The position numbers and the translations under genes are program-made. The notes beneath the pieces were generated by a model. It ran no database searches. It saw nothing but the letters and a program-made list of their open reading frames with translations, and was not told the origin of the DNA. From a virus (Duplodnaviria; Caudoviricetes): a stretch of 36,341 nucleotides of DNA. Below, piece after piece: positions 1 to 7,480 of the stretch (position 1 is the first letter of the stretch; every line of letters begins with the position of its first letter). The DNA lies in the IMG/VR virus record IMGVR_UViG_3300038379_000459, positions 1 to 36,341 of that record; one strand, given 5' to 3'.

Positions 1-61
1 ATGACCCGGGGGGGTGTGTTCCCGGTTTTTGGGGTCAAAAGTCTCCAGCAAGATGGAGTGG

Positions 62-79
62 TGCGTAAGCAGTTACGCA
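62..79. promoter_or_regulatory. Palindromic site TGCGTAA-N4-TTACGCA (left-end copy)
   Basis: TGCGTAA GCAG TTACGCA, with identical arms at 36246-36263. Confidence 0.6.
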
Positions 80-666
80 GCTGGCTTGCTAGTCTGCAGC
101 TCTCTTATCCTGTCGGCCTCTTCGTGGCACACCTTGCAAAGCCATTGAACATTTAGCCACTGTCCATGCTCGTACGATGTGTGATGTGCGGCCACGTGCC
201 TGTCGCTTCCGCACTGATCGCACCTGCCAGGGTTGACCAGGGTTGACCTAACAGCTCTGGCGCTCAGCTGCTTAAGTTCGTCTCGTTTCTTATACGTTCT
301 GCCAGAGCGATCCCTGTGTCTCAGCGCTAATCTCTCTAGCTCTTCCTGTACTAACTCTGCTTGGTGACACCACTCGGCCTCAGCCAGTATCCTGGACGCA
401 AGATTGTCTCCTAGGTCTACCTTGCGAGCTCCTTCATATCTATAAACCATGGATATGCTTTGTGGATCTGTGTTTAAAACGATCACTGTACTAATTTTCC
501 GCAGTTTTCTAACAACCCTCAGCGTTGGCTCGTAGCCTCTTGCGCTTAGCACACACAGTGGATTCTCGGCGCAATACAGGTCAAGCCTGTGCCAGTCTTT
601 TTCAAAATCACTAACATCTGCAAACGTGTAGCCTAGTGTATTTAAGTCACGTCTTAAGTCATCCAT
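73..666 (-). CDS. Protein with C-terminal HNH-like zinc-binding nuclease domain
   Basis: CDQCG...AHHTSY...NVQWLCKVCH motif. ATG at 666 with upstream AAGGG is preferred over the TTG at 732. Confidence 0.65.
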   Translation of the reverse strand: MDDLRRDLNTLGYTFADVSDFEKDWHRLDLYCAENPLCVLSARGYEPTLRVVRKLRKISTVIVLNTDPQSISMVYRYEGARKVDLGDNLASRILAEAEWCHQAELVQEELERLALRHRDRSGRTYKKRDELKQLSARAVRSTLVNPGRCDQCGSDRHVAAHHTSYEHGQWLNVQWLCKVCHEEADRIRELQTSKPAA

Positions 667-700
667 GTGGATGCCCTTGCTACACAGCAGAAGGATGAAC

Positions 701-1021
701 TTAGTTCTGTCTGCGTTTGATGGCGCGGTCAATCACGGCTCCTGGAATCGGCACGTCTCGGTCTTTCTTGTACATGGCTACAATCATTGTGGACAGGGCC
801 GATACAACCCGCTCTGCTTCGTCAAGCACCGACACATCGTCCTCTGTGACATCGTTGATTACATGCCCCATGTATGATGCAAGCTGAGATATGCGCGCAA
901 GACGCTTTGGGTACAGGTCGTCAATGAACGGACGCATGTTCTCCTCGGTATACACGTGCTTCGCTGCCTCCATGATTGCCTTGAGCGTGTTAAGCTTGGA
1001 TGTGGTTTGTGAAGCGAGCAT
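701..1021 (-). CDS. Hypothetical protein
   Basis: 106 aa ORF directly downstream of the helicase, with AGGAGG further upstream inside the helicase end. Confidence 0.6.
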   Translation of the reverse strand: MLASQTTSKLNTLKAIMEAAKHVYTEENMRPFIDDLYPKRLARISQLASYMGHVINDVTEDDVSVLDEAERVVSALSTMIVAMYKKDRDVPIPGAVIDRAIKRRQN

Positions 1022-1023
1022 GT

Positions 1024-2514
1024 TTATATTATATACGGGTAGTCCGTTTTTGCACCATGTGCGTAAATAATTACCTCCTGCCTGGCTCTGGTGACAGCAA
1101 CATACGCCAGCCTGTGCTCCTCGTCTGGGATGCGGAATCCTGCATTGTCAGGTCGGACATTCCTGCTATCAACACAGACCAGGTCGGCTTCTCTCCCTTT
1201 GGATGCGTGAATTGTTGTGATGACAACCGGCTCGCGACCAAACTTGAAACGACGACGGTAGAAGTTGAGCGAGTTACTATCGATTAGTGATAGTACGCCA
1301 TGGCCGCGGGCCCGTACATTGGCTATGAACTTGCCAGAAACTACCGAGTTTTGATAGCGCAGGCTGACGGGCAAGAACTCGGACTGGTCGGGTGACGGAA
1401 GGTTGAGCTCTGGGTCGGCGAACTGCACAATGGACATGTACTGATCGTAGGTGCATTTACCACCACGCATCAATCTCTCCAGCGACCTGATGGCCTTGGC
1501 CTGGTCCGTGTTGGCCTTGAAGGGCTGATTGTGCATCTCGTCGTCTTCGATGACGTACGGTATTCCGTACGCTTCGAACTCGTTCGCCCAGGACTTGAAG
1601 TGTCTGCGGTTTCTGCACAACACCATGGCACTGTCCCATTGGGCCTTGTGCACAAGCTCTGGGATAGCATTTAAACGCTCTATACGCCTCACCATGCCGT
1701 TTTCTGAACGTGGGTAATAGGTAGCATCCAACCTGCTGCTACAACGCCCTATAACGCATTTGGCTAAGCCGTGTACTAGCACTGGCACGCGGTAGCTTTG
1801 GTTAAGTACGCTATATCCATGGCTTTTTGCCAGCCCGGTCAGCCACGCGGCGTCACCGCCGCTCCAGCCGTTTATCGCTTGGTCAGGGTCTCCGCTAACG
1901 CGCAGCTCCTCCAGCGTGCCATTGTGGCCCCACCAGCGCCTTATGGCGGCCACCTCCAGCGGGTTTAGGTCCTGGGCCTCATCGACCATCAAAAGCGTCG
2001 TGCCGGGCATTGTACGCTTTGCGTGCAACAGGTCCGTGTAGTCCACCACGGCGTTCTCGCGCTTATGCCTCGCTAACGCTTCGGCATAGCGCTCGATGTC
2101 TGCCCAGCTGGCCTCCGGGCTATCCCATCCGGCATCCTGGGCGGATTGGCGCATCTCGGTCCAGGTGGTGGCATGGGGTAGTCGGGCGCGCAGCAGCGCC
2201 AGGGCAGCCGCGGCCCCTTTGGGGCCCGGCAGCGGCTCGACCATGAGCCGTGGGGGTTTGCCTAGCTCCTGCTTGAGCAGCTGGTATCCCACGCGGTGCA
2301 GGTTCCTGATGCTGGTCAGCTCGCTGGCCCTATGGCCGCTCGCGCGCGCTGCGCGCTTCGCGGCGCCCAGGTTGGCCTGACGGCCTAGCGTGACGTACGC
2401 CATACGGGACGGACTGTGTCCCGATTGCAAGAGCTCAGCGATCTCACGAACGCGCTGCTCCGTTTTGCCCGTTCCGGGCGGACCGATCACGACGTTGACT
2501 TTTGCTGGTGCCAT
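1024..2514 (-). CDS. UvrD/Rep-like superfamily 1 DNA helicase
   Basis: GPPGTGKT, VDEAQD, GDPDQAI, QSYR, TIHASKGREAD, YVAVTRA motifs, GGAG RBS. Confidence 0.93.
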   Translation of the reverse strand: MAPAKVNVVIGPPGTGKTEQRVREIAELLQSGHSPSRMAYVTLGRQANLGAAKRAARASGHRASELTSIRNLHRVGYQLLKQELGKPPRLMVEPLPGPKGAAAALALLRARLPHATTWTEMRQSAQDAGWDSPEASWADIERYAEALARHKRENAVVDYTDLLHAKRTMPGTTLLMVDEAQDLNPLEVAAIRRWWGHNGTLEELRVSGDPDQAINGWSGGDAAWLTGLAKSHGYSVLNQSYRVPVLVHGLAKCVIGRCSSRLDATYYPRSENGMVRRIERLNAIPELVHKAQWDSAMVLCRNRRHFKSWANEFEAYGIPYVIEDDEMHNQPFKANTDQAKAIRSLERLMRGGKCTYDQYMSIVQFADPELNLPSPDQSEFLPVSLRYQNSVVSGKFIANVRARGHGVLSLIDSNSLNFYRRRFKFGREPVVITTIHASKGREADLVCVDSRNVRPDNAGFRIPDEEHRLAYVAVTRARQEVIIYAHGAKTDYPYII

Positions 2515-2550
2515 ATTGCTCCGTGGTTACCTGGTACTTACAAAATGCTC

Positions 2551-2579
2551 TTGACACGTGTTTTTCATTTGCCTACTCT
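2551..2579 (+). promoter_or_regulatory. Sigma70-type promoter (rightward)
   Basis: TTGACA-17 bp-TACTCT in intergenic DNA. Confidence 0.65.
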
Positions 2580-2600
2580 TTACTTTGTCGGGGCCAACTA

Positions 2601-2660
2601 AGTAATACACTTATTACTCTTATTACTAATCAGTAGCTTATTACTAGTATATAGCTTATG
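2601..2660. repeat. AT-rich 9-bp phased repeats CTTATTACT (iteron-like)
   Basis: Exact copies at 2610, 2619 and 2637, a partial copy at 2655 and an inverted partial copy at 2601. Confidence 0.75.
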
Positions 2661-2725
2661 GGCGCGACGCGGAGCGTCGCTTAATGAGTAGGCAAATTGC
2701 CCCAGGAACTTCGATGACTGGGTAC

Positions 2726-2760
2726 AGGGCCAGGGGCCAACGCCTCTGGCTCTTTGTTTA
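2726..2760 (+). terminator. Rho-independent terminator-like hairpin
   Basis: AGGGCCAGGGGC-CAAC-GCCTCTGGCTCT 12-bp stem (two G-U pairs on the + strand) followed by TTGTTTA. Confidence 0.55.
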
Positions 2761-2837
2761 TCTGGGCGCCACTTACGCTCATTGCCCTCATGCGCGGCCC
2801 GCCCAGATGGGCACTGAATACGATTCATCTTGATCTC

Positions 2838-2866
2838 ATCTTAGCGCCGTGATATATATCAGTCAA
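2838..2866 (-). promoter_or_regulatory. Sigma70-type promoter (leftward, toward helicase operon)
   Basis: TTGACT-17 bp-TAAGAT on the minus strand. Confidence 0.65.
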
Positions 2867-2890
2867 TAACCACCAGCAAGGAGTTGGGCG

Positions 2891-3565
2891 ATGATCACAG
2901 GACGATTTGAGCACTTGTGCAGCCAATCAGGTTGGGGCACCAAACCAGTCAAGGTTGAGCCGGACGGATGGGTGGGCGAAGCCTACCGGATCGGTCAGCG
3001 AACCTACATCGAGACCGATGTCATCTCGCGCATTACACGACAGTACTGGCCTGTGCTGAAGCTGGTCATCAAGCGTGCCATGCGCTCGGATAGGCCAGTG
3101 TTAATCACCGAACGAACAGTGCGTCAGTCTTTGAGCCGCAAGGTATTCGGCGACATCGCTGAACGCGCTCTGGGCAGCTCCATGGCGCTAAACAACAGCG
3201 GCGCTGCTGAGGTGCGCAAGACGATTACAGAGCAATCTCGCATGCCATATGTGGCAGCGCAGAGAGCCAAGCAACTTCAGCGGTACTGGGAGCTCAAAGA
3301 GGCTGGTATGCAGATACCAGACGGTCTAGAGCCTCCTCGTCGGCCGTGGAAAGGTCTGACACATCCTTTTCGCCCTGGTATAAAGAAGCCTCGACGACAA
3401 CTGAGCAAAGACCAGCTGCGCGAGCGGCTTGCTCAAGTCGATTGGAGTACAGACGACCAGGAGCGTCATTGTCTGTCGCCAGAACAATCCGTTTCACTCC
3501 AGCTTGACGTAGCCGATCGAACCACGCGGGACCTAAACGGCTACCTGCGCCAGTCAGACAGCTAA
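2891..3565 (+). CDS. Hypothetical basic protein (possible DNA-binding/initiator)
   Basis: Strong AAGGAG RBS, 224 aa. The 3' end overlaps the primase on the opposite strand. Confidence 0.6.
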   Translation: MITGRFEHLCSQSGWGTKPVKVEPDGWVGEAYRIGQRTYIETDVISRITRQYWPVLKLVIKRAMRSDRPVLITERTVRQSLSRKVFGDIAERALGSSMALNNSGAAEVRKTITEQSRMPYVAAQRAKQLQRYWELKEAGMQIPDGLEPPRRPWKGLTHPFRPGIKKPRRQLSKDQLRERLAQVDWSTDDQERHCLSPEQSVSLQLDVADRTTRDLNGYLRQSDS

Positions 3566-4265
3566 CCGCGGCTACGCCGCGGCCCCACAGGCACAGCGCA
3601 TCACCTTCACCCTCGGTCCACCACACATCTGTTGCTCCAGCTTCGGCGGCGCGAACTGCCTGCAACATCCCGAACGGGATGGACGTGTCTGCGCCGCCAC
3701 TGTCATCGTCGCCGGTCAGGAAGTAGCACTTCACCGACGGTACGCCGTCGATGCGCATGGGCGGCGGCAGGTACAGCTTGGCGCAGCTGTACTCGGTCTC
3801 AGATGCCCGCACGGGAATAACAATGCGCTTGCCAACCAAATCGTAGCCAATCCCGAAACGATCGCGCAGATCATCGGTCATCCGCCATACCTTTCTCGTC
3901 CAGTCTGTTACCGCCTTGGGAGCATATTGCCAGCCGGACTGGTACGCCTTGATCACGTACGGTTCTGGCCAGCGCTTGGGCAGCGCGCGCGGCTTCGCCG
4001 CGCCAGCTATGGCCGGGATGGCAACGCCCAACATCGCCGACAGCGCCTCGGGTCCGCCCTTGTAGTCACTGTATCCCATGGCCCGACAGGTGAAGCAGTG
4101 CCATCGTCCGCTGTCAAGATGGATGCCAAAACTGCGCTTTTGGTCAGTGCCACTGGGGTGCCTATGCATCATCGGGCACCGCGCGTTTAACCAGCCCCTG
4201 GTGCCAAGATGCGGGTCCAGGTGTTCAATTGCCTTGGTGATTGCATCAACGTGTTGACAACTCAT
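3294..4265 (-). CDS. DNA primase (zinc-binding + TOPRIM), no helicase domain
   Basis: CPMMH...WHCFTC zinc finger, TEGEGDA, TDNDAPG and KDVSD TOPRIM motifs. Confidence 0.88.
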   Translation of the reverse strand: MSCQHVDAITKAIEHLDPHLGTRGWLNARCPMMHRHPSGTDQKRSFGIHLDSGRWHCFTCRAMGYSDYKGGPEALSAMLGVAIPAIAGAAKPRALPKRWPEPYVIKAYQSGWQYAPKAVTDWTRKVWRMTDDLRDRFGIGYDLVGKRIVIPVRASETEYSCAKLYLPPPMRIDGVPSVKCYFLTGDDDSGGADTSIPFGMLQAVRAAEAGATDVWWTEGEGDALCLWGRGVAAVSCLTGAGSRLGPAWFDRLRQAGVKRIVLATDNDAPGRLYSNRLEQAARAAGLCSVVVEASLYQGEKDVSDLSTADEEALDRLVSAYQPL

Positions 4266-4305
4266 TTGTGATATATAACCATTGTGCTAGATATTATCAA
4301 GGAGT
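4254..4305. promoter_or_regulatory. Divergent promoter region between primase and early operon
   Basis: AT-rich. Minus strand TTGATA-17-TATATA then 6 nt to the primase ATG. Plus strand AAGGAG RBS before 4310. Confidence 0.5.
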
Positions 4306-4309
4306 CACA

Positions 4310-4561
4310 TTGGAAAATTCAAAACAGCTAGAAGCAACGATTGTGAAATCAACAGAGCTCATTAATGAGCTTGGCAAGCACATTGTTGGCTACAGGGCAA
4401 CCCTGCTTGCGCTGACCTTCGCGCGAATGACCGGCATCATGCTGGCTGCAGCTGGGGTGGGGAGAGATGATGCCAAGAAGTTTCTGATGGCTATTGCCAT
4501 GAACAGCTACGACAATGAGAGCGAAAGTGCGACAACGACCAAGGTCAAGGGCGATGCATAG
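4310..4561 (+). CDS. Hypothetical protein
   Basis: TTG start after AAGGAG, coupled to the next gene. Confidence 0.6.
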   Translation: MENSKQLEATIVKSTELINELGKHIVGYRATLLALTFARMTGIMLAAAGVGRDDAKKFLMAIAMNSYDNESESATTTKVKGDA

Positions 4562-5471
4562 GGCAATGCTAGTCGAGCCAGTCGGCCACCGAGATCAGTA
4601 CTTTGACCGTGCAATGATGCTCGTGGTCAACGGCGCGTTGCATGCCATGCGCAACCGCAAGAAGAAGCCTGCGTACGACGACCTGATTATTGCAGCTGAT
4701 AGCGCCCTCGATGGTCATGCCGAGGATATTGCCGTGTACATGATGTACCAAGAGTACGCAATGCTTAACACGTACCTAACCGGCCACCCCGCGTCTGTCA
4801 TTGACCAAACCGGTCGCTATGCGCAGCGCGTCGAGACGGCCATTGAAGGTTTGGTCGAGGACCGCCCGGTTAAGCTTTGGTGCACGCTGCACGACAAGTC
4901 GATCAAGCAAGGCACAAGATCATCTGTTGTGCGCTGCAAGATTACAGACGAGACCGGCTCGGTACCAGCCATTGCATTCGGCGAGGCTGTCATGCTAATG
5001 CGACCATGCCTAGATCACTGTTCACCCATGATCGTGCGCGGCACGGCGGCGATGTCGTACAAGGACGGCACCACCCCCGAAGTGGTTATTGCTGACGCCA
5101 TACCTGTCCGTGACGCGCGCCTGATCCTGGAGGAGCAAAAGCGAGTTAAGGAGCTCTTGGAAAAAACCGAAGGGCGCGAGATGCGAAAGCAGATCATGGA
5201 CCAATGCCCACACCCATTGGGCGCGTACCGCGCCGCAATTGACCTGTGGCCAGAGGCCCACGAAGGGATCTATGCCTGGTACGAGCAGCGGACTGGGATA
5301 AAGGTTGCTTTAAAGTCTGGCAAGTACGGTTGGTTTTATCCAGTCGACGAGCAGGAGCGGAGCAGCGCAGCGATCGAGTCCCTGATTGAGCTGGCCACCA
5401 AACAGGTGATAGCCAGTTTTTCGCGCCAGCGCCGCCAGCAGTTGACAGATATCAAATCTGATGCAATATAG
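4554..5471 (+). CDS. Protein with DnaE (Pol III alpha) C-terminal OB-fold region, lacking polymerase core
   Basis: E..LNTYLTGHP, ITDETGSVPAIAF, PMIVRG, IPVRDAR parallel DnaE LGLYLTGHP, LDDRSGRLEVMLF, ILIVSG, MDIDEAR (recalled from memory). Confidence 0.75.
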   Translation: MHRAMLVEPVGHRDQYFDRAMMLVVNGALHAMRNRKKKPAYDDLIIAADSALDGHAEDIAVYMMYQEYAMLNTYLTGHPASVIDQTGRYAQRVETAIEGLVEDRPVKLWCTLHDKSIKQGTRSSVVRCKITDETGSVPAIAFGEAVMLMRPCLDHCSPMIVRGTAAMSYKDGTTPEVVIADAIPVRDARLILEEQKRVKELLEKTEGREMRKQIMDQCPHPLGAYRAAIDLWPEAHEGIYAWYEQRTGIKVALKSGKYGWFYPVDEQERSSAAIESLIELATKQVIASFSRQRRQQLTDIKSDAI

Positions 5472-5475
5472 ACAC

Positions 5476-5670
5476 ATGAAACGTTCAAGTACCGAAAAGT
5501 TTTCCGCGTGGCTCACCAAGGAGTTGAAGCGCAACAAGCGCAGTCTGTACTGGCTGGCCAAGAGCATGGGTAAGCAGTATACAACGGTGCACCGATGGAA
5601 GTCGGGCACATGCGAGCCTAGCCTGAGTAATGCCAATGCGGTCCGGCGCTGCTTTGAGGAGCTGGCATGA
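5476..5670 (+). CDS. Cro/XRE-like helix-turn-helix regulator
   Basis: SLYWLAKSMGKQYTTVHRWKSGTCEPS HTH pattern. Confidence 0.85.
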   Translation: MKRSSTEKFSAWLTKELKRNKRSLYWLAKSMGKQYTTVHRWKSGTCEPSLSNANAVRRCFEELA

Positions 5671-5969
5671 ACGGAAAGGAAAGTTTGTCAGATGAGCAAC
5701 TGCAAAAGCTTGTTGACAACGTGGTGGAAGACTTGAGCGATCTAACGCCACAGGACGGACTGTTTGTGGCCATGTCAGCAGTGGCACTGTACGCCGCGCT
5801 GGCTGGTCTGAAGGTGAAGAGCGTGACGGCCGGAGTAAGGAACTTGATGTACTTTGCTCGGGCTGGATTGAAGAAAGAAATGCAAAGGAGGCTTAACAGC
5901 AATGAGCCAGGGAACGATACTGATCAGGTCAATACCGAGCCGCCCACCACCACCACCGATACCAGGTAG
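5667..5969 (+). CDS. Hypothetical protein
   Basis: ATGA overlap with the HTH gene, GAGGAG RBS. Confidence 0.65.
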   Translation: MNGKESLSDEQLQKLVDNVVEDLSDLTPQDGLFVAMSAVALYAALAGLKVKSVTAGVRNLMYFARAGLKKEMQRRLNSNEPGNDTDQVNTEPPTTTTDTR

Positions 5970-6570
5970 GGCAATATTTGTTACGCACAGTGGCAAAGCG
6001 ATTAACCTCTGCAATCCGATCGAGGAGGATATTACCATTGGTGATATTGCTTATGCTCTGGATCGCATTATGCGTTTTAATGGACACACTGAAGCGCCGT
6101 ACACAGTAGCACAACATTTACTGGTATGCCACGAGATTGCCAAAGAGCTTTATCCTCAGTCCCAGGAGATCCAGGACGTAGCACTGCTCCACGATGCTGC
6201 AGAGGCCTACATTGGTGACTTGATTAGTCCGATCAAGAAGCTCTGTCCAGCATACAAGGCGATCGAGAACCGGATCGAGTTCGTGATCATGAAGAAGTTT
6301 GGCCTGCCAGACGTCTCTGACGAGACCAAGGCGTGTGTTAAGATCATCGACAGGATTGCGATCATCTCCGAGATGAGCGTGCTGTACCAGCACCCACAGG
6401 TCGCCATGAGCGAGTGGCATATTCAGTTTTCTCCAGGCTTTTACTTCGAACCAAAGGCTGCCAATTTAGTCAGGCAGGTGATGCAATCCAAATGGGACAC
6501 CCCGGAGGATGTTTGGGCGCACCGTGCGCGTGAGATTTTGGACAACAGGCAGTGTCCTGATAACCAATAA
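5902..6570 (+). CDS. HD-domain phosphohydrolase (YfbR/YfdR-like 5'-deoxynucleotidase)
   Basis: DIAYAL..IMRFNGH...YTVAQH...ALLHDAAEAYIGD..SPIK, AAGGAGG RBS. Confidence 0.9.
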   Translation: MSQGTILIRSIPSRPPPPPIPGRAIFVTHSGKAINLCNPIEEDITIGDIAYALDRIMRFNGHTEAPYTVAQHLLVCHEIAKELYPQSQEIQDVALLHDAAEAYIGDLISPIKKLCPAYKAIENRIEFVIMKKFGLPDVSDETKACVKIIDRIAIISEMSVLYQHPQVAMSEWHIQFSPGFYFEPKAANLVRQVMQSKWDTPEDVWAHRAREILDNRQCPDNQ

Positions 6571-6580
6571 GGAGACAAAA

Positions 6581-7054
6581 ATGGAAAACACAGAACCAAG
6601 AAAAAGTATCTACGTAGACATCTCGCCCAAGTGCGAGAGCGCCACTGTTCTCCCGGTAGGTGAACCGGTCAAGGAATGGCTGCTATTCAAGGGCCCCGGC
6701 GTGCGTCCTGAAAAGCGACAGACAGATCCACAAGACAAGAACTGGACCATGAAGATCAAGTTCAACGCATTCGATCCGGAGGACAAGACCATGAAGCTGG
6801 TCAGCGTGCCGTTCACGCTCTGGAAAACCATTGATGCAACCATTAAGCGCAAGCCAGGATTTGTTATCAACCTTGGTCGCACAGGCCAGGGCAAGGGAAA
6901 CGTCAACTATTTTGCCGACCCAGTCAGCGAGCTGTCTGACGAGGATAAAAAGCTGGTGCAGCACCTGAAGCGCCACGAGCTAACGATCAAGGAAGAGGCA
7001 CCAAAGAAGCCAGCGCAATCCAACACCAAAACCGACGACGCACTTCCGTTTTAG
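6581..7054 (+). CDS. Probable single-stranded DNA-binding protein
   Basis: TAAGGAG RBS, beta-rich core and C-terminal DDALPF tail resembling the SSB DDDIPF tail. Confidence 0.6.
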   Translation: MENTEPRKSIYVDISPKCESATVLPVGEPVKEWLLFKGPGVRPEKRQTDPQDKNWTMKIKFNAFDPEDKTMKLVSVPFTLWKTIDATIKRKPGFVINLGRTGQGKGNVNYFADPVSELSDEDKKLVQHLKRHELTIKEEAPKKPAQSNTKTDDALPF

Positions 7055-7061
7055 GTGAACC

Positions 7062-7289
7062 ATGTCATTTATTGAAATAGGAAATATTGGCTCAATGGCA
7101 AGCACTACGCAGTTTGCTGACGCGTATTGCTCTGTGTACGACGCATCCGTACATCTAGATCGAGCTGTTCGGACATTGCGCGCCATGGGCGCCACTGACG
7201 TGGCGCGCTTTGTTCAGCTCAAGCACATTGACATTGTGCGTCTGCTGGACGAGCTCGATAAACTGGAGGGGCCAGATGACGAGTTTTAA
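7062..7289 (+). CDS. Hypothetical protein
   Basis: AGGTG RBS, operon position. Confidence 0.6.
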   Translation: MSFIEIGNIGSMASTTQFADAYCSVYDASVHLDRAVRTLRAMGATDVARFVQLKHIDIVRLLDELDKLEGPDDEF

Positions 7290-7476
7290 CCAATACATCA
7301 TCAATGCCCTTATGGATGCGCGAGATGCGCTGGAGCGCGCCGAGCGAGAGTTCACCGAGCGCGCCCACCAGGATGAAAATCCGGAAGATCTGCGCCGCGC
7401 AGACGTGATCGAAAAACTATCCAAGACCATTGGCGACATCATCGCCGACGAGTCTGACTACGATCCGGAGCTGTAA
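7276..7476 (+). CDS. Hypothetical acidic protein
   Basis: GGAGG RBS before the ATG at 7276. Confidence 0.6.
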   Translation: MTSFNQYIINALMDARDALERAEREFTERAHQDENPEDLRRADVIEKLSKTIGDIIADESDYDPEL

Positions 7477-7480
7477 CGAT

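Larger units (their letters stand above)
2586..2760 (+). ncRNA. Putative small non-coding RNA
   Basis: Bounded by the promoter at 2551-2579 and a terminator-like hairpin at 2726-2760. Internal hairpin GCGACGC-GGA-GCGTCGC (2664-2680). No + strand ORF in the track covers it. Confidence 0.45.

Noticed and set aside
62-79. dif/Xer recombination site
   Set aside because: GGTGCG..TAA resembles a XerC arm, but the spacer is 4 bp rather than 6 and there is no XerD arm.
2601-2660. CRISPR mini-array
   Set aside because: The repeats are 9 bp with 0-9 bp gaps, and there are no cas genes.
2598-2828. 76 aa minus-strand ORF as a protein gene
   Set aside because: No SD and no recognisable motif, and the sequence is better explained by hairpins and repeats. 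A near-leaderless peptide cannot be excluded.
5476-5670. Lysogeny module
   Set aside because: Only a lone Cro-like HTH is present. No integrase, CI with peptidase domain or partition genes were recognised.
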